Assembly (NCBI GenBank): GCA_963746995.1
Contig: CAVVDF010000006.1
Coordinates: 100,993-164,992 of the forward strand
DNA length: 64,000 bases
Direction of reading: 5' to 3'
Source: an uncultured Actinomycetes bacterium
Lineage (GTDB): Bacteria; Actinomycetota; UBA4738; HRBIN12
In this document: one piece after another, positions 21,593 to 34,032 of the stretch
Layout of the letters: each line of letters opens with the position of its first letter
Numbering within the stretch: position 1 is the first letter of the stretch
The notes under the pieces: model-generated
What the model saw: only the letters and a program-made list of their open reading frames with translations
The model's database searches: none
Told to the model about the DNA's origin: nothing
Translations under genes and position numbers: made by a program

Positions 21593-23094
21593 TCACCGCG
21601 TGCGCGGGAACCCCAGGTCGACGCGCGAGGTGGACGGATCGGGCCAGCGCTCGGTGACGACCTTGCCGCGGGTGTAGAAGGCGATGCCCTCCGGGCCGTA
21701 CATGTGGTTGTCGCCGAACAGCGACGCCTTCCAGCCGCCGAACGAGTAGTAGGCGACCGGGACCGGGATCGGCACGTTGATCCCGACCATCCCGGCCTCG
21801 CACCTCGAACTGGAACCGGCGCGCCGCGCCGCCGTCGCGCGTGAACAGCGCGACGCCGTTGCCGTACGGGTTCTCGTTCACCATGCGGACCGCATCGTCG
21901 TAGGTCTCCGTACGGACCACCGACAGCACGGGGCCGAAGATCTCGTCGCGGTAGGCGTCCATGTCCGTCGGTGACGTGATCGAGCAGCGACACGCCGAGG
22001 AAGAATCCGTCGCGCCGGTAGACGTCGTCCTCGCGGCCGTCGCGCACGACCGTCGCGCCCTGCTGCTGCGCCGCTGTCGAGGTAGCCCGCCACCTTGTCG
22101 CGATGCTCGCGCGTGACGAGCGGACCCATCTCGGCCTCGGGCTCGTCTCCGGCGCCGACCACGACCTTCGGCAGGCGCTCCGCGATCTTCGCGACGAGCT
22201 CGTCGCCGATACCGCCGACCGCGACCACGACCGAGACCGCCATGCACCGCTCGCCCGCGCTGCCGTAGCCCGGCGCTGACCGCTGCGTCGGCCGCCATGT
22301 CGAGGTCGGCGTCGGGCAGCACGATCATGTGGTTCTTGGCGCCGCCGAGCGCCTGCACGCGCTTCCCGTTCGCCGTGCCGGTCGCGTAGATGTACGTCGC
22401 GATCGGGGTCGAGCCGACGAACGAGACCGCCTGGATGTCGGGGTGCTCGAGGATCGCGTCCACCGCCACCTTGTCGCCGTGCACCACGTTGAACACGCCG
22501 TCGGGAACGCCCGCGTCCTGCAAGACCTCGGCGACAAACATCGACGCGCTCGGGTCCTTCTCGGAGGGCTTGAGCACGAACGTGTTCCCGCACGCGATCG
22601 CGTTGGCGAACATCCACATGGGCACCATCGCCGGGAAGTTGAACGGGCGTGATCCCGGCCACCACGCCGAGCGGCTGGCGGATCGAGAACACGTCGACCC
22701 CCGTCGAGACCTGCTCGGAGAAGCCGCCCTTCAACAGGTTGGGGATCGCCGTCGCGAACTCGACGTTCTCGATGCCGCGCTGGACCTCGCCCGCGGCGTC
22801 GGAGATCACCTTGCCGTGCTGCGAGCGAGACGATCCGCGCGAGCTCCGGCTTGCGCTGGTCGAGCAGCTCTCGCAGCCGGAAGAAGATGTCGGCGCGCTT
22901 GCGAGAGCGACGTCGACGCGCCAGCCCCAGAACGCTTCCTTCGCGGCCTGCACGCGCGGCGTCGAGATCCGCGACGCGTCGCGAAGTCGACCTCGTGCGT
23001 CTGCTCGCCCGTCGCCGGGTTGTAGACGGGGCCGGTGCGGCCCGGACGTGCCCGCGACCTCCTTGCCGCCGATCCAGTGGCTGATGCGCTCCAT
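21593..23094 (-). pseudogene. mmsA: CoA-acylating methylmalonate-semialdehyde dehydrogenase, at least 3 frame disruptions
   Basis: N-terminus '[15 protein letters not shown]', mid '[14 protein letters not shown]...VSFVGST', C-terminus '[31 protein letters not shown]'. Confidence 0.75.
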
Positions 23095-23265
23095 CGGTAT
23101 CAACTCCCGGTCAGCGAGGCTGGGTGCGCCGCCCTCACGGACCACCCGGCCGCGCGGTCAGCAAGCCGAGCGCCGCACATGTCAGCGGGAGACGGGTGCA
23201 AACGCAACGGCTGTCGCGCGACGTCGGGCGGCGCGCAACCGCCTAGACCGGAGACGTCCAGGACT

Positions 23266-23743
23266 ATGCTCGCGCCGTGGAGTGCACGGACGGAACTGGT
23301 GCTGTTCGGGCGCATCGCGCTCGGGCCGCCCTGTTCGGATTCATGATCGGGCTCGAGCGTGAGTACCGCGGGAAGAGCGCGGGAGATCGAACGTTCGCGC
23401 TGCTCGCGATGGGCGCGGCCGCGTTCGTCGGCGATCGCGATGGCAGCTCTTCCCGCTGACCGCGGACCGCGTGATCCAGGGCGTGGCCGCCGGCGTCGGA
23501 TTCCTCGGCGCGGGCATCATCTTCCGGGGGGATCGCCAGGAAGGGGAGCCCGCACGGGCTCACCACCGCCGCGGCGGCCTGGACGGCGGCCGCGGTCGGC
23601 GTTCTGGCGGGCGCCGGCGCCAACCTGACCGCCTGGCTCGACCGACGCTGCTCGTGGTCGTGGCTGCTCGAGACGCAGTACATGCCGTACGTGCGACGCA
23701 CTCGAAGGCCTCAAACAGACCGTCGCCGCCGAACGCCGGCTGA
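23266..23743 (+). pseudogene. MgtC/SapB family membrane protein, frame-disrupted
   Basis: 'LFGFMIGLEREYRGKSAGDRTFALLAMGAAAF' and 'IQGVAAGVGFLGAGIIFRG' lie in different frames. Confidence 0.55.
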
Positions 23744-23749
23744 GCGGCA

Positions 23750-24865
23750 TCAGACCGGCAGCGGCGAGACGGCGCGATCGCCTGTCGCCTCCGCGACGCC
23801 GGCGTTGGTGAGCGCCCCGTCCCAGGTGTTCACGCCCAGCGCGAGCGCGGGGTCGCGCGCGGACAGCCTGCTCGACGCCGGCGTTCGCGATCGCCGACGA
23901 CGTACGGGCAGCGTCACGTTCGTGAGCGCGTACGTCGACGTGCGGGGCACGGCGCCGGGCATGTTCCCGACGGCGTAGTGCACGACGTCGTCGACCACGT
24001 AGACCGGATCGTCGTGCGTCGTCACGTGCGAGGTCTCGAAGCATCCGCCCTGGTCGATCGAGATGTCGACGAGCACGGCGCCGGCGCGCATCGCCGCGAC
24101 GTGTTCGGCCGTCACGAGGTGCGGCGCCTTCGCGCCGGGGACAAGCACGGCGCCGATCACCAGGTCGGCGGCGAGCACGAGCTGCTCGATCGCGAGCGCG
24201 CGACGACATCACCGTCTGGATCCGGCCGCGCCAGATCCGGTCGATCTCGCGCAGCCGGTCGACGTTCTTGTCGACGACGACCACCTCGGCCTGCATGCCG
24301 GCGGCGATCTCGGCGGCGTTCCAGCCGGCCATGCCGCCGCCGAGCACGACGACCTGCGCCGGCCGCACCCCGCTCGCGCCGCCCATCAGCACGCCGCGAC
24401 CGCCGAGCGGACGCTCGAGGTACTTCGCGCCCTCCTGCGGCGCCATCCGGCCGGCGATCTCCGACATCGGCGCGAGCAGCGGCAGCCGACCGTCGGGCGT
24501 CTGCACCGTCTCGTAGGCGATCGCGCGCACGCCCGCGCTCGACCAGGAACCGGGTCAGCCGCTCGTCGGCCGCGAGGTGCAGGTAGGTGAACAACACGTG
24601 ATCGGACCGGAACCGCTCGTACTCCTCCGGCTGCGGCTCCTTGACCTTCACGATCAACGTCGGCGGCGGCGAACACCGCGTCGGCGTCGGGCACGATCCG
24701 GGCGCCGGCAGCGACGTACTCGTCGTCGGCGATCGCCGAGCCGATGCCCGCGCCCGGCCTGCACGACGACGTCGTGGCCCGCTGCACGAGCTCGCGGACG
24801 CCCTCCGGCGTCGCCGCGACGCGGTACTCGTGGTTCTTGACCTCGGTCGGGATGCCGACGATCAC
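23750..24865 (-). pseudogene. ald: alanine dehydrogenase, at least 3 frame disruptions
   Basis: 'VIVGIPTEVKNHEYRVAATPEGVRELV', 'MIVKVKEPQPEEY', 'VVVLGGGMAGWNAAEIAAGMQAEVVVVDKN', 'VLVDISIDQGGCFETSH'. Confidence 0.75.
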
Positions 24866-26101
24866 GTCACGCCTCCAGCTCGTCGAGGGCGGCGCGCGAG
24901 GCCGTCGCACCAACTCCTGCAGCTTCGCGTCCGGTCAGCATCGAGCGGCGGCGAGATCTGGAGCGCGCCCGTCGCGAGCGCCCGCGTCATGATGCCCTGT
25001 TCGCGGGCATGCCGGCACGAGCCGTGCCGAGCAGCGACGGATCGGCCGCAGCGCGCGCGGGGTCGATCTGCACCGCCGCGAGCACGCCGACGCCGCCGCG
25101 CACCTCGCTCACCAGGTCGTGCTCCGCGAGCGGCCCGAGCGCCTCGGCGAGCGGCCCTCGAGCTCGACGGCGCGAGCCAGCAGTCCCTCGCGCTCGATGA
25201 TGTCGAGGTTCGCGAGCGCGGCCGCGCGACACGGCCGCGTGCCCGCTGTAGGTGTAGCCGTGCCGGAACATCCCGGCGCCCGTCGCGCCAGAACGGCTCC
25301 CACACGCTCGGCGCGGCGATCACCGCGCCGAGCGGCAGGTATCCGCTCGTGATGCCCTTCGCACACGTGATCAGGTCGGGCTCGAGCCCGAAGCGCCCGC
25401 TCGCGAACCAGTCGCCGCACCGGCCGAACCCGGTGATCACCTCGTCGGCGACGAACAGCACGCCGGCTTCGCCGGCAGACGTCCCGGGCGGCCTCGAGGT
25501 ACCCCGGCGGCGGCGGGAACACGCCGCCCGCCCCGAGCACCGGCTCGCAGAAGAACGCCGCCACCCGATCGGCCCCGAGCTGATCGATCATCGGCGTTCG
25601 GACGCCGTCGCGTCGTCCCAGGCGACCTCGACCACGTCGGCGAGCAGTCCGCCGTAGCCCTCGGCGTTGGCCGGGATGCCGGCGAGCGACGTGCCCGCGG
25701 TGTGCATCCCGTGGTAGGCGCGCTCACGGCGGATCAGCACGGTGCGCTCTGGCTCTCCGGCAGAGCGACCAATACCGGCGCACCATCTTGGTGGCGGTGT
25801 CGATCGAGTCCGACCCCCCGCTCGTGAAGAACACCTTGGCGTCGGCCATCGGCGCGAGCTCGGCGACGCGGTCGGCGAGCGCGGCCGTGGGCGGGTTCGT
25901 CAGATCGCCGAACGGTGAGTACGCCGCCAGCTCGCGCATCTGCGCCGCAACCGCGTCGGCGATCTCCGCGCGCCCGTGTCCGACGTTCGCGAACCAAAGG
26001 CCCGCGGTCGCATCCAGATAGCGGCTCCCCTGCGTATCCCACACGTGCGAGCCCTCGCCGCGCACGAGGGTGAGCTCACCGGCGGCCTCGATCGCGGCCA
26101 T
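24862..26101 (-). pseudogene. class-III (omega) aminotransferase, PLP-dependent, at least 3 frame disruptions
   Basis: 'FFTSGGSDSIDTATKM' and 'LFVADEVITGFGRCGDWFA' (the catalytic Lys region 'ITCAKGITSGYLPLGAV'). Confidence 0.7.
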
Positions 26102-26239
26102 GTCTGCGAAGGGTGCCAGAAGGTCGTCATGGTGCGGAGATGTTCCCACGCGGCGCCGCTGCCGGTGCGGCGGAACGCGGGGTTGCGCGGACTGGACCGA
26201 CCGGACCATCATCCGCGGGTCGAGGACAGGAGGTAGGGG

Positions 26240-27391
26240 ATGAGCCAGTTCGATGCGAGTGCTCGGCAACCCGGCCTCACGGCGGACATTCCTGAAGGGC
26301 GTCGGGCGTCCTCGGCGCGAGCGGCGTTGCTTGCCGCCTGCCGCAAGAGCGTGGACGCCACCGGCGCCGGCGGCAGCGCCACGCGTCGCTCGTCCCGATC
26401 GAGGACGAGCCCGGCGTGCTGCACGCGCACGAGTGGGCGGGCTACGACACGAAGTGGCTCTACGCGGACTACACGAAGGCGGGCTACCCGGACCCGAAGT
26501 TCAGCTTCCTCGTGAACACGGAGGGGGCGCTCGCCAAGACGGCCGCCGGGTTCGAGTGGGACGTCACCCACCCGGAGAGCGGCTACATCCAGGACTACCT
26601 CAATATGGGCGCGATCCAGCCGTGGGACACGAGCACTGATCCCGAACTTCGCGCAACTGAACCCGGTGCTCGAAGCAGCCGGCCAGATCGACGGCAAGCA
26701 GTACGAGATCGCGCTGGACTGGGGCTACTCGGCACCGCTGATCCGCAGCCGACAAGCTCGACCCGACCATCGACTCCTACGAGTACCTGTTCACCGACGA
26801 GGCGGCCGGGCACATCTCGTGGTTCGACACGCCGTGGATCCTGCAGATGGCGGCGATCAGCCAGGGCATGGACCCGAGCCACTCGTTCGAGATGACGCCG
26901 ACCGAGCTCGAGGACATGAAGAACTACTGCATCGAGAAGAGGCAAGAACCTCTACAACATCTGGGTCAACTATCAGGACATGTGGGACGACGTGCAGACG
27001 GGCAACGTCTGGTCGACCTACGCGTGGCCCGACGCGTACGTCGCGCTGAAGGACAAGGTCGACGTGACGTACATCCGCCCGAGCACGGGCACGCTTGCGT
27101 GGGTCGAGGGGCTTGTGCTTCGGGCGAACACGCCGAACTACCACCACGCGCACGCGTTCGCCGACGCTTGGGCGGACGCGAAGGTCGGCGAGCGGCTGAT
27201 CAGCACGTGGGGCTACGGCCACTCGAACCTCGAGATCGATCTGGCGAAGATCGACCCCGACGTCGTGAAGGTCTTCGGCCTGGACGACCCGCGAGAAGAA
27301 CCTCTCGGAGCCGATCAGCTACCTCGACCGGTACCAGCCCCAGCGCAACGCGTACAACCGCGCCTGGAACGAGGTCAAGGCCTCGCTGTAG
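26240..27391 (+). pseudogene. ABC transporter substrate-binding protein (spermidine/putrescine PotD/PotF-like) with Tat-type signal, at least 4 frame disruptions
   Basis: 'RRTFLKGVG' twin-arginine motif. Pieces are in ORFs 26240.., 26416..26895, 26666..27049 and 26980..27489. Confidence 0.65.
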
Positions 27392-27439
27392 ACGCCGATC
27401 GATGGCGATCGACCCGCCCGGCGAGCTACGCCGACGCCG

Positions 27440-28337
27440 ACGAGAAAAGCCGCGCCGCCGTGGGACCGCGAAGGTCAACCTCGGGCTGATCTCGGTGCCG
27501 ATGCTGTGGTCGCTCCTGTTCTTCCTGATCCCGGTCGTGCTCGTCGCGGTGTACAGCGTCGGCGTGCTCACGCTGATCAGCTACGACCAGTACCTGTCGC
27601 TCCAGCCGTGGCGGGACTTCCTCCACAGCTCGACGTACCTCGGAAGCCCGCTCGGCCGCGGCCTGTTCTGGAAGTCGATGAAGATGTCGCTCGGCGTGTC
27701 GATCACCTGCGTGATCCTCGCCTACCCGGTCGCGTACATGCTGGCGCTGGTCGCCGGGCGCCGGAAGTACACGCTGCTGCTGGTCATCATCACGCCGTTC
27801 CTCACGTCGTACCTGCTGCGGGTGCTGGCGTGGCGGGTGCTGCTGAACCCCGCAGGGCGTGATCCAGGCTGGGCTCCGCAACGTGCCGGCTTCCACGGCG
27901 AGCAGAACCAGGTCCCGTGGATGTACAACTCGATCGTTCGCGGTGTACCTGGTGCTGGCCTACGCGTGGGTGCCGTTCGTGGCGCTGCCGATCTTCGTGT
28001 CGCTCGAGAGCCTCGACCTGCAGATGCTCGAGGCCTCGAGCGACCTGGGCGCGAGCCGGTGGACGACGTTCCGGCAAGGTCACGCTGCCGATGTCGATGC
28101 CGGGCGTGATCGCGGCGTTCGTCTTCGTGTTCATCCCGACGATCGGCGAGTACGTCACGCCGCAGATCGTCGGCGGGCAAGAGCGGCTACCTGTTCGGCA
28201 ACGTGATCCAGAGCTCGTTCCCGGCGAGCTTCGACTGGCAGCTCGGCTCGGCGATGTCGGTGTTCCTGCTGGTGGCGGTCGCCATCCTGCTCGCGATCTT
28301 CGGGCGCTACCTGAACGTGCGGACGGTGGCGGAGTGA
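27440..28337 (+). pseudogene. ABC transporter permease (PotB-like), frame-disrupted
   Basis: 'ISVPMLWSLLFFLIPVVLVAVYS...' and 'DLQMLEASSDLGASRWTTF' (EAA-like loop). Confidence 0.6.
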
Positions 28338-29150
28338 ACCCGGCGATCTCGAAGAACGGCCGGCGCACTCTCTGGTTCGTGTTCTGGTTCCTGGTGGTGT
28401 TCCTCTACGCGCCGATCGTGATCTTGATCGTCTTCTCGTTCAACGACAGCGAGATCGTGTCGTTCCCGTGGCTCGGGTTCACGACCAAGTGGTACCACCA
28501 GTTCATCGCAGAACCCGGCGATCCTCAGCGCGCTGAAGACGCAGCCTGCACGTCGCGACGCTGACCGCGATCATCGCGACGTCCCTCGCGATCCCGGCGG
28601 CGATCGCGCTCGTCCGCCGCCGGTTCTTCGCGAAGGGCCTCGTCTCGGGCGTGATGCTCGCCCCGCTCGTGATCCCGCTGGTCGTTCTCGGGATCTCCCT
28701 GCTGATCCTGTTCAACGCGATCGGGCGTGCCGCTGTCGCCCTACACCGCGGCGATCGGGCACGTGGTGATCGCGATGCCGTTCGCGATCCTGACGATGGT
28801 GCCGCGGCTCGAGCGGATCCCCGCGGCGCTCGAGGAGGCCTCGCGCGACCTCGGCGCCTCGGCGATGCAGACGTTCCGGATGATCACGTTCCCGCTGCTC
28901 GTGCCGGCGCTGATCTCGGCGTTCCTGATCTCGTTCACGATCTCGTTCGACGAGCTCGTGATCGCGTCGTTCATCGCCGGCGAGCAGGCCACGTTCCCCG
29001 TCTACCTCTACTCGCAGCTGCGGCTGCCGGAGCGACTGCCCTCGGTGATCGCCGTCGCCGTCGTGATCCTCGTCGTGTCCGTGATCGTCGTGGTGGCCTC
29101 CGAGGTCGGCCGATTCGTGGCGGAGCGGCGGCTGGAGGCGCAGACCGGGC
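28334..29150 (+). pseudogene. ABC transporter permease (PotC-like), frame-disrupted
   Basis: GTGA overlap with the upstream permease. 'WFVFWFLVVFLYAPIVILIVFSF' and the EAA loop 'EEASRDLGASAMQTFRMITFPLL'. Confidence 0.6.
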
Positions 29151-29202
29151 ATGGCCGCCGACGAGTACGGCTCGTTGCGCGGCGGGAAAGGATGACCCAC
29201 CG

Positions 29203-30314
29203 ATGAGCGACATAACCCCTGCGATCAGCATCCGCGGCGTGACGAAACGGTTCGGCGACGTGACCGCCGTCGACGACTCTGACGATCGACATCCGCGAGG
29301 GCGAGTTCCTGACCCTGCTCGGACCCTCGGGCTGCGGCAAGACGACCACGATGCGGATGGTCGCCGGGTTCGAGGAGCCCGACGCCGGGCGACATCCTGC
29401 TCCGCGGCGAGGACGTCGTCGGCGTGCCGCCGAACAAGCGTCACGTGAACATGTGCTTCCAGAACTACGCGCTGTTCCCGCACATGGACGTGCAGCAGAA
29501 CATCGAGTACGGCCTGAAGCTGAAGAAGGTCGGCAAGGAGGAGCGCGCCCGCAAGGTCGACGGAGATGCTCGCGATCGTGCGCGCTCGAGGGCTACGAGC
29601 ACCGTCGGCCCGGGCAGCTCTCGGGCGGCCAGCAGCAGCGCGTCGCGCTCGCGCGCGCGCTCGTGAACGAACCGCGCGGCGCTGCTGCTCGACGAGCCGC
29701 TCGGCGCGCTCGACGTGAAGCTCCGCAAGCAGATGCAGCTCGAGCTCAAGCGGATCCAGCACGAGCTGAAGACCACGTTCGTCTACGTCACCCACGACCA
29801 GGAAGAGGCCCTGTCGATGTCGGACCGCATCGCGGTGATGAACGCCGGCGTGGTCGAGCACCTGGGTCGCCGCGCGAGGTGTACGAGCGGCCGGCGACGC
29901 CGTTCGTCGCGGATTTCGTCGGCGTGCTGAACGCTGCGGAGCTGACGGTGACGTCGGTGAACGGCGATCGCGCGGTGCTGCGCCTCAACGACCGCGACCG
30001 GTTCGTCGGTCCGTCGAAGGGCTCGACGTCGCAGCCGGGACGGACGTCCTCGCCGCGGTGCGGCCGGAGCGCGTCACGATCCGAAGGGCGACGCCGAGGC
30101 GGGCGACGGATCGCGTCTGTCGGGCACGGTGGCGCAGGTCGTCTACCTCGGGACGCTGCACGCAGTTCTTCGTCGACACGGCGACCGGCAGGCCGTTCGT
30201 GGTGCACGTGCTGTCGACGGAGGGGGCGACACGGTCGAGCCCGGCGACCACGTCACGATGACCTGGCCTGTCGACGACACCTCGATCCTCCGCGTCGGCG
30301 CCCAGCCCGATTAG
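29203..30314 (+). pseudogene. ABC transporter ATP-binding protein (PotA-like), about 4 frame disruptions
   Basis: '[23 protein letters not shown]' Walker A, '[15 protein letters not shown]' signature, Walker B and a TOBE-like C-terminus. Confidence 0.7.
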
Positions 30315-30323
30315 CATCGAGCG

Positions 30324-31778
30324 ATGGGGTTCCCCGGCCTCGGGTCATGGGTCGAGCGTCGAGCGGCGCGCGCGCCGGACGACACGGCACTCATCACTGA
30401 AGAGGGTGCTCGTTCCTATCGAGAACTCGCGGGCGAGATCCGCCGCATCGCGGATCTCTTACAGCGTGCGGGTGTCGTTCGTGGCGACCGGGTCGCGTTC
30501 CACGGGCACAACCATCCGGCCGCGCTGACCTCATTGTTCGCAAGCGCCGCGATCGGCGCGGTCTGGGTGCCGATCCATCCAGCGAGACCTGCGGACGAGG
30601 TACGGGTCGTGCTGGACGATGCGGAGCCGCGCGATGCTGATCAGAGCGTCACCGGCGACGCGACCGGTCACCGACGTGCCCGTGGTCGATGCCGGCGAGC
30701 TCGACCTCGCCCGCACCGACCCAGCACCGCTCCCGACGTCGGACGTGTCAGCGGCACGATCTCGCGATCCTTGCGTACACGTCGGGAACGACTGGCGCGC
30801 CGAAGGGCGTGATGCTCTCGCAGGCGAACATCCTGTGGAACGTGGTGCAGATGGTGACGGCCTGTTCGTTCGGTCCTGCCGACGTCACGCTCGGCTCGGT
30901 GCCGTTCACACGGATGGAGGGCTCGGGGTCGCCGTTCTTCCCGACGTTGTTCGCCGGCGGGACGGTCGTCGTGCCACCATTTCCCGACGGCGACGTCGGT
31001 GCTCGACACGATCGAACGCGAGCGCGTCACGGTGTTGTTCGCCAACCCCGACCTGCTCGCAGAGATGGCGCTCGCGACCGGCTGGGAGCGACGCCGATCT
31101 CTCGAGCGTCCGTACCGGCGTTGTCGGGGGCGACCTCGTGCCGGAGGGCTGTTGCAGCGCTACCTGGATCGGGGGTGCCGCTGCGCCACGGATACGGCCT
31201 GACGGAGGCGAGTCCGGTCGTCTCGCTCGTGGACGATCGGGACACCGTCGCCCGGATGGGCTCCGTCGGGAAGCCGTTGCCCATTCGTAGACGTTCGATG
31301 CGTTCGCCCGGACGGCACCCGCTGCGACATCGGCGGAAGACAGGCGACTGGTGGATCCGCGGTCCGAACGTCGCCGACGGCTACTGGCACCACCCACCTG
31401 TGCGAGATGCGGACGGGATGGTTCCCCACCGGCGACGTCGGTTCGATCGATGCCGACGGCTACCTGTACTTCGTCGACCGAGCGTCTGCCGCGATGCACG
31501 TCAACGGCGCAGTGGTCTACCCGGCGACCATCGAACGGGCCATACGCGGCATCGCGGGGCTCACGGATGCGGCCGCGGTCGACGTCCACGACAGGATCGT
31601 CGCCGCGATCGTCGCTTCGGAACCCCCCGATACGGATCGGATCATCGAAACACTGCGCTCACGGCTGGAGCCACACGAGGTACCGAGTGAGATCCGCGTG
31701 CTCACGAAGATCCCACGCAACGCCGCAGGGAAGGTCCGCCGCGACGACCTGCGCGACGCCCTCGAAGCGGCACGCTGA
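30324..31778 (+). pseudogene. AMP-dependent synthetase/ligase (acyl-CoA ligase), about 4 frame disruptions
   Basis: 'LAYTSGTTGAPKGVMLSQANI' AMP-binding motif and 'WFPTGDVGSIDADGYLYFVDR...IPRNAAGKVRRDDL'. Confidence 0.7.
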
Positions 31779-32027
31779 TCCTTCTCGGTTCCGCGTTGCC
31801 GAGGCATCGCGACAGTTGGGCGCAGACCTGCGCATACTCGGAGCAGGACACGGGCCCGTCAGTGACGGGAGAAGAGATTGCCCACGGGTTCGCCGTCCTT
31901 CGGACCGGTCCCGACCGTCCCTCTCGAGTTCTCACGAGCCGACACGCCGGAGCGCAACCCAAGCTCTCGGCCCGACTCGCCGCTCGCCTCGGTCGCATCA
32001 GGGACACCTCATCGAAGGAGCACACCG

Positions 32028-32333
32028 ATGCAAGCATTACGAATCGCGAACTACGAGATCACCAACGGCACGTTCCCCGAGCTCGCCGAAGAGGCGAAGA
32101 GCGGGATGCTCCGAACCTTCAAGGACCAGCCCGGCTTCCTCCGCTACGGGCTCGCCAAGACCGGTGAGAGGCATGCGTGTCGATCAGCGTGTGGGAGACC
32201 CACGAGCAGGCCGAAGCGTCGGCACCGCTTGCTGCCACCTGGGTGCGCGAGCACCTGGCGGACAAGGTCGAGCTGCGGTCGAGCCGATATCGGCGACCTC
32301 GCCTTCTTCGAAGGCGTACCCACGACGGTCTGA
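32028..32333 (+). pseudogene. ABM (antibiotic-biosynthesis-monooxygenase-like) domain protein, one frame disruption
   Basis: SD GAAGGAG 7 nt upstream of ATG 32028. 'MQALRIANYEITNGTFPELAEEAKSGMLRTFKDQPGFLRYGLAKTGE' then 'ISVWETHEQAEAS' is shifted. Confidence 0.5.
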
Positions 32334-32452
32334 CCGACCGTTCCGACCCTCGCGGGGAGCCCACGAGATGGGCTCCCCGACCCGGGGTGATCGCCAAGCA
32401 ACGGGATGGCTGCGAGATGTGGCCCGCCCGCACGTACGGAAGGAACGACACC

Positions 32453-32788
32453 ATGGCCACCACGCTGCAAGACACGACCCTGGAGCGCAACCCTGCGTCT
32501 CCGCACGCGTTTCCTGAGCTGAAGAACGAGGTGGACCTGCGAGCGCGTCGCACGCTCGCCGAGGATCTCCAAGCCGAGTTCATGGCTGGCGGCGCGGTTG
32601 CAACCTCGGAGACGTCGTTCGTCATCGCATCCCGCGGAGGCTACGCGCGGACGGTCACGGGAACGATCGCGTATCTCGATGCCGAAGCCGAGACGTTCAT
32701 GGTGGGCGCGCCCGACGGCGAACTGATCCGCGTGCCGCTGCGCGACGTCCGCTCTGCTCGCCAAAGCGTCGCTCGATCGGACCACTGA
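32453..32788 (+). CDS. hypothetical small protein (111 aa)
   Basis: ATG 32453 with GGAAGG about 9 nt upstream. No family recognised. Confidence 0.45.
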   Translation: MATTLQDTTLERNPASPHAFPELKNEVDLRARRTLAEDLQAEFMAGGAVATSETSFVIASRGGYARTVTGTIAYLDAEAETFMVGAPDGELIRVPLRDVRSARQSVARSDH

Positions 32789-32803
32789 GCAACGCGCGCC
32801 CAA

Positions 32804-33982
32804 TCAACCGACGAGCGTCTGCGCGCCTCGCTTGACCAGCTGGTCGGCGACGATCTCGCGCTGGATCTCGCTGGTGCCCTCCCAGATGCGATCGACCCGT
32901 AGCTCGCGCCAGAACCGCTCTGCGACGTTCTCGCGCATGTAGCCGCGGCCGCCGAAGATCTGCACGGCACGGTCGGCGACGCGCCCGGCCATCTCGCTCG
33001 CGTACAGCTTCGCCATCGAGCACTGCGCATGCTGGACCTTCACGTCCACGCCCGCATCGATGTTCTCGGCCAGCCGGTAGGTCATCAGCCGCGCGGCCCA
33101 CAGCTCCGTCAGCGAGTCGGCGAGCATGTGCGAGATCGCCTGGTTCTCGATGATCGGCTTCCCGAACTGCACCCGCTCCTGCGCGAACGCGCTCGCCTCC
33201 TCGATCAGTCGCTCGGCGGCGCCGCAGCACCGCGCCGCGATCATCAGCCGCTCGTACCGGAACCACGCGTAGGTGAACGTCATGCCGTCGCCCTCGGCGC
33301 CGATCAGCTGCGAGGCAGGCACCCGAACGTCGTCGAACGCCACGACCGCGTGCGTGTCGGGGTAGGTGTGCGTGTACCGGGGCTCGCGCACGAGCCGCAC
33401 GCCCGGCGTGTCCTTGTCGACGACGAACATCGCGTGCTCCCCGTCGTGCTCGCCCCCGACGAGCTTCGCCTGGAAGAAGAGGTGGTCCGCGGTGTTGTAC
33501 GACGTCACGTGCATCTTCTCGCCCGTCAGGACGTACTCGTCGCCGTCACGGCGAGCGGTCGCCTCGATCGCGTCGACGTCGGAGCCGGCGCCCGCCTCGG
33601 TGATCGCGTAGCACTCGTGGCGCTCGCCACGGATGGTCGGCTTCAGCCATCGCTCGATCTGCGCGTCGGTCATCACCTCGGGCGCCCACGCCGCCGGCGT
33701 GTGCACACACCAGCCCAGGGCGTTCGTCACTCGGCCGATCTGCTCGCTCACCAGCACCTGCTGCAGGGTCGTGTAGCCGCCGCCGCCCAGGTCGGTCGGC
33801 AGGTTCATCCCGTAGAACCCGAGCTCGATCGCCAGGTCGTGATGGCGTTGCTTCGTCTCCGGCGGGATCTGGCCCTCGTGCTCCTCGGCGTGCTGCTCCC
33901 ACGGGATCAGCTCCTCGTCGACGAAGCGACGGGCGCGGTCCTGGATCTCACGGTCGGCTTCGGACAGCGGGTAGGTGGTCAT
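32804..33982 (-). CDS. acyl-CoA dehydrogenase family protein (paralog of 8344..9522)
   Basis: ATG 33982 'MTTYPLSEADREIQDRARRFVDEE'. 'YAITEAGAGSDV' and 'QIFGGRGYMRE'. The long N-terminal extension of ORF 32804..34951 is rejected. Confidence 0.85.
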   Translation of the reverse strand: MTTYPLSEADREIQDRARRFVDEELIPWEQHAEEHEGQIPPETKQRHHDLAIELGFYGMNLPTDLGGGGYTTLQQVLVSEQIGRVTNALGWCVHTPAAWAPEVMTDAQIERWLKPTIRGERHECYAITEAGAGSDVDAIEATARRDGDEYVLTGEKMHVTSYNTADHLFFQAKLVGGEHDGEHAMFVVDKDTPGVRLVREPRYTHTYPDTHAVVAFDDVRVPASQLIGAEGDGMTFTYAWFRYERLMIAARCCGAAERLIEEASAFAQERVQFGKPIIENQAISHMLADSLTELWAARLMTYRLAENIDAGVDVKVQHAQCSMAKLYASEMAGRVADRAVQIFGGRGYMRENVAERFWRELRVDRIWEGTSEIQREIVADQLVKRGAQTLVG

Positions 33983-34032
33983 GCCCGGGAGCATAGGCGC
34001 GGCGCCTGCTCGACTCGTGACATCCGCGCGGT

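Noticed and set aside
23146-23265. Mg2+ riboswitch (M-box) upstream of the MgtC-like gene
   Set aside because: The leader is only about 120 nt, and no recognisable M-box conserved helices could be identified by eye.
26847-28109. 420-aa ORF as a single protein
   Set aside because: It is a frame-merged composite of the C-terminal part of the substrate-binding protein gene and the first permease gene of the pot-like operon.
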